Positions 38,025 through 45,794 of a stretch of 64,000 nt of DNA are shown piece by piece. The stretch is from a virus. Taxonomy: Duplodnaviria; Heunggongvirae; Uroviricota; Caudoviricetes. The notes beneath the pieces were generated by a model. The model saw only the letters and a program-made list of their open reading frames with translations, did not search any database and had not been told where the DNA came from. Every line of letters starts with the position of its first letter. Positions within the stretch are counted from its first letter, which is position 1. Location: IMG/VR virus record IMGVR_UViG_3300037524_001291; one strand, given 5' to 3'. The translations under genes were made by a program, and so were the position numbers.

Positions 38025-38205
38025 TAATACCCTCTAGTACTATTCCCTTTATTTTTTTATTTTGGGAATCTGTCATAAACTCTTCAACATTTTTATAAGA
38101 GCTTTTCATTCCTGTTGTACCATTCTCATGAATAGTTTCCACCTTACCATTCTTTTTAAATCCTATGACATCATATTTACCTTTCATTTCTTCAGTTAAT
38201 AACAT
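38017..38205 (-). CDS. Hypothetical small protein, 62 aa
   Basis: The ATG at 38203-38205 has the RBS 'gagaggatgg'. It is immediately preceded by copy 1 of the 21-bp repeat. Confidence 0.4.
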   Translation of the reverse strand: MLLTEEMKGKYDVIGFKKNGKVETIHENGTTGMKSSYKNVEEFMTDSQNKKIKGIVLEGING

Positions 38206-38230
38206 CTAAACCATCCTCTCATAAAATAGT

Positions 38231-38769
38231 CTATGTTCCCTAGCACAAAACACATAATTTTATATACTCTTATTTTTAGTAAAACCTTATAACTCTTATA
38301 TATAAACACTTTTAAGATTTTAGTATAAATTTATACTTTTCTCATTTCTCAATATTATGTATTTTTTCACCTGTTTTATGTTATTTTAAGAGTAAAAACT
38401 AATTGTATTATTTTAACAAAAATCTCTATAACTAAATACTACAAACATTGTTAGGGATTTGTGTTGATTTCTCTTTAAAAATTTTATCTCTATGTTCCCT
38501 AGCAGAAAACACTAAAATATTTTTCTCTGCTTTTCTCTCTCACTAAAAATATTTTCTGTAAGTGTTTGGTGGTAAGAGTTTTAAGGTTTTTCAAAAACAT
38601 TATGTACTTTTGACCCTCGTAAAACTCTTACATTATGTTTAGTTATTAGAGTTATATTTTTTAAGTTTTTTCTCTCTTATTTTTCTTAAAAACCCTGTAA
38701 CTATTTATATGATATAGTTACAAGGTTTTCTATAGTGTATTTTGATGTCTATGTTCCCTAGCACAAAAC
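38231..38769 (-). promoter_or_regulatory. Three direct copies of the 21-bp motif 'CTATGTTCCCTAGCA(C/G)AAAAC' at exactly 259-bp spacing, in an AT-rich ORF-free region. Candidate iterons, origin, or early promoters.
   Basis: The copies start at 38231, 38490 and 38749 on the plus strand. Copy 3 is followed on the minus strand by a 12-bp-stem hairpin at 38702-38737 (with a G:U pair). Confidence 0.45.
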
Positions 38770-38790
38770 GCTTAACTTTTTTTATTTTTC

Positions 38791-39417
38791 TCATAAATCA
38801 TGTATAAATTGTGAAGTTTTTTTACTTTCTGAGATCATACTCATTATTTTGTATAAGGCATTTTTATGTTGTTTGAGAGTGACCTCATGGTTTTTAAATT
38901 TTGAAGTAACGAAGTCTAAGCTTTTCCATATAGGGTTAATAAATTCTCTTTTATCTACTGTATCTTCATCTGAGTATCTTCTTAGCAGTTCTTCTTTATC
39001 AGTCTCGTTTAAATTCATCCAAGAGTCTCTAAAAACCTTTTCCATGTCCATAGCATAGAGTTCTTTGAGAGTATGCCAAGCTGTAAATACTTTAGACTCT
39101 GAGAAACAGTATATCATATCAGAATCAGGATGATATTTAGCAGAGGGTTTTCCTCCTATCTCATCATTATGGAAGGGACAATACATATTACTACCTCTAG
39201 TTACTATTCCCATATTATTTAGCAGTTTTTCCATATTCATTTTATCTGTGCTGTAGTATCTATTGATGGTATGAAATTTAACTAAAAAGGGATAGTCTCT
39301 AGATACATTTTCGCTAAACTCAAAGGTTTTAATTTCAGGAGACTTAGTAGGGTTCTCTTGGATTAGGTTATCCTCAATATCATCACTAAAAGAAAAATCA
39401 CTTGTCTTAAAAAGCAT
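38791..39417 (-). CDS. CHC2 zinc-finger protein (primase-type zinc-binding domain)
   Basis: 'MYCPFHNDEIGGKPSAKYHPDSDMIYCFSESK' matches the DnaG-type 'CPFH..E..PS...C' zinc finger. No TOPRIM domain is visible in this ORF. Confidence 0.45.
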   Translation of the reverse strand: MLFKTSDFSFSDDIEDNLIQENPTKSPEIKTFEFSENVSRDYPFLVKFHTINRYYSTDKMNMEKLLNNMGIVTRGSNMYCPFHNDEIGGKPSAKYHPDSDMIYCFSESKVFTAWHTLKELYAMDMEKVFRDSWMNLNETDKEELLRRYSDEDTVDKREFINPIWKSLDFVTSKFKNHEVTLKQHKNALYKIMSMISESKKTSQFIHDL

Positions 39418-39499
39418 CTAATCACTCCCCAGTATAAAATTTGTATGTGGTATAAATAATTTTAAAAGTCACTTTATAAATACCACATACAATCACCCT

Positions 39500-39545
39500 A
39501 TAAAATATTATACGTAAAACTTAAGAGAAAAGTATCTTTTTAATT
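39500..39545 (-). promoter_or_regulatory. Promoter-like motif instance 6: 'TTTTACGTATAATATTTT'
   Basis: Upstream of gene 38791-39417. Confidence 0.4.
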
Positions 39546-39809
39546 CCCTTTAGCTGCCATATCTTGAAACTTCTTTTTCCCATATTTCTTTCTACCTATT
39601 GAGGCTGCAGTAGCTTCAGCTCTCTCTTTACTATATCCCTCTTCTCTCATCAACTTATTAACTAAAGCATTGAATCTTCCACCCTGACCTAACTTAGTAC
39701 TTTCCCCATCAACAGTATCAGGCAAATCCTTTTCATACTTCTTGTGTAACTCATCACTCTTTGCTTCTGTTAGGGAATCTATGATAGATTCTATTATTCT
39801 TTTATTCAT
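39540..39809 (-). CDS. Hypothetical small basic protein, 89 aa
   Basis: A promoter-like motif lies upstream at 39500-39545. Confidence 0.4.
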   Translation of the reverse strand: MNKRIIESIIDSLTEAKSDELHKKYEKDLPDTVDGESTKLGQGGRFNALVNKLMREEGYSKERAEATAASIGRKKYGKKKFQDMAAKGN

Positions 39810-39866
39810 TCTTTTGTCCTCCTTTTTCTCTTATGAATATTCTACATACTACAAAATAAGTCTAGG

Positions 39867-42194
39867 TCATCCACATTTACTAAATCCACAATTTCTACAA
39901 GTAACGCAACCACCTTCATGCTCTAATCTCTTATTACATTCAGGACATGTATCACAAGTAGTATTAGGGATTTCTTTTTCTTCTTTTTTTAGTTTCTTTT
40001 CTTTCTTTGTCTTTGTTCCTTCTATCTGTTGCAAACTATTAATATTAGCATTATTTCCTAAGTTTACTACCTTCTCAATTAATCTTCCAATAGCATCAGG
40101 ACAAGAAGTTACTTTTAGTCCTTTTTGTCTTGTAGTTGAAGGACATCTAATACCTTTTAATTGCTCTATAATAGCTTCGGGTTTTATTCCAGCTCTTAGA
40201 GATATTGATACAAGTCTACTGGTAGCCTCTGACTGAGAAGCACATCCACCAGCTCTCCCTGTATTAGAGAATACCTCACATATTCCAGAACTATCACTAT
40301 TCACAGTGATATAAAGATTCCCACACCCTATTTTAACTTTTTCAGTGAATCCAGTAGTAATATCAGGACGTTCTCTAGGAGATACCTTACAGTGAGTTTC
40401 TTCTAGAGGTTGTGTTTGGGTTTGTATTTCTTTACCTTTCACTTCTTTAATATTTAATACTTGAAAGTCCCTACTTCCATCTCTATATAGGGTTACTCCT
40501 TTACAACCTAACTTATTAGCTAAAAGAAAAACCTCTCTTACATCCTCTTTAGTAGCTGAATTACTCAAATTAACCGTCTTCGAAACTGCATTATCTACAT
40601 AACTTTGAAATATTGCTTGTGTTCTAACATGCCATTCAGGACTGATATCATGGGAGGTTACGAATACTTTTTTTATATCCTCAGGTATTTCATCTATATG
40701 TTTTAGAGTTCCCTCTTCAGCTACTCTCCTCATTAGGGATTCTGAGTAGAATCCTCGTTCTCTAGCAACCTTCTCAAATACAGGATTTACTTCTAAGAGC
40801 TCTGTATTATCCATTACATTTCTGATGTAAGCTATAGCAAAAACGGGTTCTATACCAGAAGATACATTAGCTATAATAGAGAGAGTTCCAGTAGGGGCTA
40901 TTGTAGTAGTTGTAGCATTTCTGACCTTATCATCTACTTCTTTAAAGATACTCTTATCCCAGAAAGGAAATACTCCTCTATCTTTAGCTAGTTCCCTCGA
41001 CATATCCCAAGCAGTTTTCTGAATAAATCTCATAATAGTTTCAGCAAGATTAATAGCTTCCTCTGAGTCATAAGGAATGTTTAGGGTATATAGAAGGTCA
41101 GCCCACCCCATAACACCTAATCCAATCTTTCTGGTACCCTCTGTCATCTCTTTAATTTCAGGTAGTATATATTTATTTACTGTTATGACATTATCTAAGA
41201 AACGAACAGCTAGCCTAGTTACCCTCTCAAGTTTCTCCCAGTCTATCTCAATACAAGTTTCCCACCTATCTTCACCCAATATTGCATCTAACACAGTACT
41301 TTTTTCGACATTTTTCGTCATTAGGGTTAAGTTTATTGATCCTAAATTGCACGATTCCCATGGAAGTAAAATTTGTTCTCCACAAGGATTTGTAGTCTCG
41401 TACTCACCTATTTCAGGAGTAGGATTATACTTATTCATTCTATCTATAAATATGATTCCAGGTTCTCCATTTTTCCAAGCCATATCAACGATTTTATCAA
41501 AAACATCTCTAGCCCTAAGAGGTGGTATAATGACTTCTTGAGTTTTAGGATTTATTAGGTGGTAGAGATTATCATTTTCAACATTATGCATGAAGTCCTC
41601 AGTAATACTTACACTAAGATTAAAATTTGTTATATCTGAGTTATCTTCCTTACAAGATATAAATTCCATGATATCAGGATGAGTAACACTAAGCATACCC
41701 ATACAAGCTCCTCTACGCCTACCACCCTGTTTAACAGCTTCAGTAGCTGAATTAAACACTTTGAGAAATGAAATTGGTCCACTTGAAACTCCGTTTGTTG
41801 AGGCTACAACAGAGCCTTTAGGTCTTATTTTAGAGAAGCTTATCCCTACCCCACCACCACCTTTTTGTATTAGGGATGAGTTCTTTATAGAGTCAAAAAT
41901 CTCTTCCATTGAGTCATTTAAGGGTAAGACATAACAAGCTGAAAGGGTTCCTACATCAAGACCTGCGTTCATTAGGGTGGGTGAGTTGGGAAGAAATTCT
42001 AGATTACTCATAATTGAGTAAAACTCTTTTTCTATTACTTTTCGTATATCTTCTGTAACTGTTTCAGCTTCTGTTATAGCTTTAGCTACTCTAAGAAACA
42101 TATCATCTACTGTTTCTATAAGTTTTCCATTTTCATCTTTATTGAGGTATCTCTTTTCTAATACTGTTAAAGCGTTTTTAGATATAGGGCTCAC
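39867..42194 (-). CDS. nrdJ: Class II (adenosylcobalamin-dependent) ribonucleotide reductase
   Basis: A 775-aa ORF begins 'MSPISKNALTVLEKRYL'. Its core is 'NPCGEQ'. Its C-terminal zinc ribbon is 'CDTCPECN...CVTCRNCGFSKCG'. Confidence 0.85.
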   Translation of the reverse strand: MSPISKNALTVLEKRYLNKDENGKLIETVDDMFLRVAKAITEAETVTEDIRKVIEKEFYSIMSNLEFLPNSPTLMNAGLDVGTLSACYVLPLNDSMEEIFDSIKNSSLIQKGGGGVGISFSKIRPKGSVVASTNGVSSGPISFLKVFNSATEAVKQGGRRRGACMGMLSVTHPDIMEFISCKEDNSDITNFNLSVSITEDFMHNVENDNLYHLINPKTQEVIIPPLRARDVFDKIVDMAWKNGEPGIIFIDRMNKYNPTPEIGEYETTNPCGEQILLPWESCNLGSINLTLMTKNVEKSTVLDAILGEDRWETCIEIDWEKLERVTRLAVRFLDNVITVNKYILPEIKEMTEGTRKIGLGVMGWADLLYTLNIPYDSEEAINLAETIMRFIQKTAWDMSRELAKDRGVFPFWDKSIFKEVDDKVRNATTTTIAPTGTLSIIANVSSGIEPVFAIAYIRNVMDNTELLEVNPVFEKVARERGFYSESLMRRVAEEGTLKHIDEIPEDIKKVFVTSHDISPEWHVRTQAIFQSYVDNAVSKTVNLSNSATKEDVREVFLLANKLGCKGVTLYRDGSRDFQVLNIKEVKGKEIQTQTQPLEETHCKVSPRERPDITTGFTEKVKIGCGNLYITVNSDSSGICEVFSNTGRAGGCASQSEATSRLVSISLRAGIKPEAIIEQLKGIRCPSTTRQKGLKVTSCPDAIGRLIEKVVNLGNNANINSLQQIEGTKTKKEKKLKKEEKEIPNTTCDTCPECNKRLEHEGGCVTCRNCGFSKCG

Positions 42195-42231
42195 TAAGTA
42201 TCATTCCTCTCTAGTTTATTGGTAAAAAAGA

Positions 42232-42284
42232 TGGTCTATTTCTAGACCATAAAAATTTATGAGTAAGCTAGAAAGCTTACTCAT
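42232..42284 (-). terminator. Two tandem hairpins between the holin and nrdJ
   Basis: The hairpins are 'tggtcta tttc tagacca' and 'atgagtaagct agaa agcttactcat'. A U-run follows the latter on the minus strand. Confidence 0.5.
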
Positions 42285-42348
42285 AATATAAAAAATAGGA
42301 AATGGGTCTTAATTATATATAAAACCCAATCCTATGATAGAGATGAAT

Positions 42349-42777
42349 TCAATTAGAAATTTTACATTCTTTTGAATTTTTTACATAATTCTCAATCTTA
42401 TTATTTATCCAAGCATCCAAATCTCCATACACCTCAGTTAGGGTTTCTTTGGCTTCTTGTCCTATCATGGATAAGACCTTACTCTTAGCTTCTTGAAAAG
42501 CTTTTGTTTGAGCTTCTACATCAAAACTTCCTGATTTCTTTAAGGAATTTACATATGTTTGACTTACAGAATCCACAGCAGTAAAGACAGCATCTTCGGC
42601 TTGATCGATATAATGATTAAGTTTTTCACTTTTAATATTGTGTTGCATAGTATCAATCTTAGATATTAGATAGGTTGTAGTAATGGTTAATAGTTGTTTG
42701 ATAAAAGGTATAAGTACTACTGTGATTATGATAGAGGTAATTTCTGGTGTAAGATACTGGTTAATCATACAAATCAT
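42349..42777 (-). CDS. Putative holin (LL-H-like single-TM family)
   Basis: The N-terminal TM helix is 'ITSIIITVVLIPFIKQLLTITTTYLI'. An amphipathic C-terminal region follows ('IDQAEDAVFTAVDSVSQTYVNSLKK'). No endolysin gene is adjacent. Confidence 0.5.
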   Translation of the reverse strand: MICMINQYLTPEITSIIITVVLIPFIKQLLTITTTYLISKIDTMQHNIKSEKLNHYIDQAEDAVFTAVDSVSQTYVNSLKKSGSFDVEAQTKAFQEAKSKVLSMIGQEAKETLTEVYGDLDAWINNKIENYVKNSKECKISN

Positions 42778-42797
42778 CCTCCCTATAATAAATTATT

Positions 42798-43790
42798 TTA
42801 TTTCCCACCAAAAGGGGATTTTACTTTTCCTTTATAGATACTAAATCCAGTATTAGTGTCTATTACAAGTTTACCATCAAGTTTCCAAATATGATGATTT
42901 CCCATATAAAGTTTTTGTTTTTCTAACAAACCCTCATACATAGACTTATCACTAGAAACAAACTTATACACCTCTGAACCTATATCAGATGAGTCCACAG
43001 GAAATTTATCATATTCTGCTACATGATAAAGTTTCATACCTTTAAAACTAATATTGATACCCTCATTAACTAAAAGATTTTTTTTACTTGTTAATCCTTC
43101 TATTATTGAATTTACTACTGATACTTGTTTTCTTAAACCTGACTCATTAGATTGTTTACTTTCAGTACCATCCACCTTCATTGTACCATTAATCGACTCT
43201 TTATCCTTGAAATAAGCTTTTCCAAAAACCTCAGCATTATTAAAAACATGAACTTTTCCTGATATACTAGCAGTTCCATAAACCTTAGCATTATCAGAAA
43301 GATTTGCACTTCCATACACTATAGCCATACCATAAACTGAGGCATTTCCCTGTAGAAAACTTTCCCCATACACCAAAGCATACTCATATACTTTAGCATA
43401 CCCAGATATACGAGCCTTTCCAAACACTTTGGCATACCCAAATACTAAAGCTTGTCCATATACTGATGCTTCATCACTCACACTAGCGTTCTCAAATACT
43501 TTAGCATTTTTAGAGATTATAGCTCTTCCACTTATATCAGCTTTATTATATACCTGAGCATTTTCTAACACTTGAGCATCATCAAGTATACGAGCGTATT
43601 CATATACACAAGCATTACCACCTACCCAACAACTACCCCTATCATCAAGATTAGACTCACTCTCTAAATATCCACCTAAATCTCCCTCTTTCACCTTTCC
43701 AAAACTCTTTAAAGCTCTTATTCTAGTTAGGGTCTTTCCTCCTACATTTTTTGTATCGGTAGACACGAATTCATACTTATTATTAGGCAT
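42798..43790 (-). CDS. Hexapeptide-repeat (left-handed beta-helix-like) protein, paralog A
   Basis: More than 20 consecutive '[AT]x[VIL]x[GDE]x' hexads, e.g. 'NAKVFENASVSDEASVYGQALVFGYAKVFGKARISGYAKVYEYALVYG'. The N-terminal 80 aa are homologous to 43845-44396. Confidence 0.55.
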   Translation of the reverse strand: MPNNKYEFVSTDTKNVGGKTLTRIRALKSFGKVKEGDLGGYLESESNLDDRGSCWVGGNACVYEYARILDDAQVLENAQVYNKADISGRAIISKNAKVFENASVSDEASVYGQALVFGYAKVFGKARISGYAKVYEYALVYGESFLQGNASVYGMAIVYGSANLSDNAKVYGTASISGKVHVFNNAEVFGKAYFKDKESINGTMKVDGTESKQSNESGLRKQVSVVNSIIEGLTSKKNLLVNEGINISFKGMKLYHVAEYDKFPVDSSDIGSEVYKFVSSDKSMYEGLLEKQKLYMGNHHIWKLDGKLVIDTNTGFSIYKGKVKSPFGGK

Positions 43791-43844
43791 TATATAATTC
43801 CTCCTTAGAAAAGATTGTTTATTACTTATATATTATTTAAAATC

Positions 43845-44396
43845 TCACTCTGAAACTGTTTTTACTGATTTTCTTTGAGTAGATTCACTTACAACCTCAT
43901 CACCTCTTACAACAGTTTTTCCAAATATATGAGCTGTTCCAGTTACCTTAGCTCTTTCAAAGAGTATAGTATCCCCAAATACTAAAGCATCACCACTTAC
44001 CTCAGCTCTATCCATTAATTGAGCATTTCCAGATATCTTAGCTCTTTCATAAACTTTGGCATTTCCTTTTATTAAAGCGTTTCCATGTACCTCTGTATTA
44101 CCAAAAATTAATGTGTTATCCTTTACTATAGCATCATCAAAAATTTTAGCTCTTCCATATACTTTAGCGTTTCCTCTTATTAAAGCGTTATCCAACACTT
44201 TTGCATCCTCAAATACCATTGCATTATCAAATACCCAACAAAACCCTTTATGAGAGAGATTAGTTTCCTTCTCAATATATCCACCCAAATCTCCTACTTT
44301 AACTTTACCCATATCTTTTAGTAATTTTATTCTTGTTAGGGTTCTCCCACTCTCATTTATTGTATCTGTTGTTAAAAACTCATATTTTTTAGCCAT
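43845..44396 (-). CDS. Hexapeptide-repeat (left-handed beta-helix-like) protein, paralog B
   Basis: 'GNAKVYGRAKIFDDAIVKDNTLIFGNTEVHGNALIKGNAKVYERAKISGNAQL...'. The shared N-terminus reads 'KYEF(L/V)(T/S)TDT.N..G.TLTRI..LK..GKVK.GDLGGY'. Confidence 0.55.
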   Translation of the reverse strand: MAKKYEFLTTDTINESGRTLTRIKLLKDMGKVKVGDLGGYIEKETNLSHKGFCWVFDNAMVFEDAKVLDNALIRGNAKVYGRAKIFDDAIVKDNTLIFGNTEVHGNALIKGNAKVYERAKISGNAQLMDRAEVSGDALVFGDTILFERAKVTGTAHIFGKTVVRGDEVVSESTQRKSVKTVSE

Positions 44397-44407
44397 ATAG
44401 GCACTCC

Positions 44408-44773
44408 TTAGACTTTAATATATCTATTAAGTGTTTCAGAGGTCATTTTATACTCTTCAATGTAATTATCATCTATATCCTTATCACCAGAGATATTAAT
44501 ACTTATCCAGAAGATAAGAGTATAATAACCTACTTCTACTCCTGTAGTATTCCAAGAGCATAAAAGTTGCTTTTTACTTGTGCTTATTTCAACTAAACTA
44601 GGATAAAGTGTAGTAAGTAACTCTCCAGCAGAGTTTCTAACCTCACAAAAAGTTCTTTGGTTTTCATCTACAATTACATTAAAATCAGAACCAGAAGCAA
44701 GAGTAACCTCAACAAATATAGGTAATATTTCCCCTCTAAAATAACTCTTGCAATTAGGGTCTACACATGCCAT
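44408..44773 (-). CDS. Hypothetical protein, 121 aa
   Basis: From the six-frame ORF track. Confidence 0.4.
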   Translation of the reverse strand: MACVDPNCKSYFRGEILPIFVEVTLASGSDFNVIVDENQRTFCEVRNSAGELLTTLYPSLVEISTSKKQLLCSWNTTGVEVGYYTLIFWISINISGDKDIDDNYIEEYKMTSETLNRYIKV

Positions 44774-44962
44774 AAAATCACATCCTAAACATCATAATTA
44801 AGCTCAAAAAGATTTTTTTCTTGTGTATTAAGTGATAGGTCTAGTTCCACAAGAGTTATATTAGTATCTATACTCTTTATATCAAAATAATCTTTATCTG
44901 TTAGTACTACTGATATATCAATAAGTTCTACTGCCATAGTTTCCCCTTTAAAAACAAGATAA

Positions 44963-44998
44963 TCTTATAAGACTAGACTATAATCTAGTCTTATAAGA
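44963..44998 (-). terminator. Rho-independent terminator after gene 45007-45564
   Basis: 'tcttataagactag actataat ctagtcttataaga' forms a 14-bp stem. The minus strand then reads 'ttatcttgttttt'. Confidence 0.55.
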
Positions 44999-45006
44999 TA
45001 CTTTAA

Positions 45007-45564
45007 TTATGTTAAGCTAATTTCTACTGTTATAACCCAAGTAGCGGCTGAGGATTTAGTACCCATAGACTCTACTTTTCTATTTAAATTTTTATATATC
45101 TCAGATGCTATTATTGTTGTATCATCTAAAGGCTCAGAAGGAGTTATAACACCACGAGCAATAGACCATTCTTCCCAAGCAAAAGCGGCTTCAGCATCCC
45201 CACCACCACCAGTTCCAGTAAAGGTAGATTTAAAAGTTATTTTATTTGTAGCTACTGTGGGATAACTTGTATCCATTTTTTTATACCAAATATTTGTTAG
45301 GGCTTGTAGACCTGTTTGTGATGCTGATGCTACTGTTGTACTATCTCCAACACCTATATAAGAATGGTCATTATCATAATGTTCTGTACTACCACCTTGA
45401 TTAGTTTCTCCTGCTACTAATTTCCAAATATCTGTAACTCCACCGTCTAACAGAAGATTTCCATCTATTCTATTTATTTCTGAAATTTTTCCATCTATAT
45501 AATCCTGATGGGTATTAAATTTCTCTACAGTGGTTGATACATTCCATTTAACCTTATTTTCCAT
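45007..45564 (-). CDS. Hypothetical structural protein, 185 aa
   Basis: From the six-frame ORF track. Confidence 0.4.
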   Translation of the reverse strand: MENKVKWNVSTTVEKFNTHQDYIDGKISEINRIDGNLLLDGGVTDIWKLVAGETNQGGSTEHYDNDHSYIGVGDSTTVASASQTGLQALTNIWYKKMDTSYPTVATNKITFKSTFTGTGGGGDAEAAFAWEEWSIARGVITPSEPLDDTTIIASEIYKNLNRKVESMGTKSSAATWVITVEISLT

Positions 45565-45794
45565 AATTATATCCTCCTCAAGATTTTTTATTTACAGGGA
45601 TTTCTTTTTCGGGAACTTGTTTATTAGGTTCTTCTGAGTTTGGAGCATCACTTTCATGAATATCCTCTAACTCCATATTTTCATTAAACTTCTCTATTCT
45701 TACTTTACTTTTTATTACTGCTTTTTCTCCGTTCATATCTTAAATCCTCCCATACATATTTTATATATAAATCCCCACTCTAATTCTTAATATT

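Noticed and set aside
38231-38769. Possible CRISPR array (a repeated 21-bp unit)
   Set aside because: There are only three copies. The spacers would be 238 bp, far longer than CRISPR spacers. No cas genes are present. The copies differ at one position. Regulatory or origin repeats fit better.
39742-40236. Plus-strand 164-aa ORF and many other plus-strand ORFs (e.g. 765-956, 6136-6876, 14016-14267, 45994-46479, 49160-49471, 50214-51683, 60178-60615, 62506-62802)
   Set aside because: All lie antisense inside well-supported minus-strand genes (nrdJ, fiber, tape measure, etc.). They have low-complexity, hydrophobic or Pro-rich translations typical of shadow ORFs in AT-rich DNA. 62506-62802 is simply the antisense of the Gly-rich tape measure linker.
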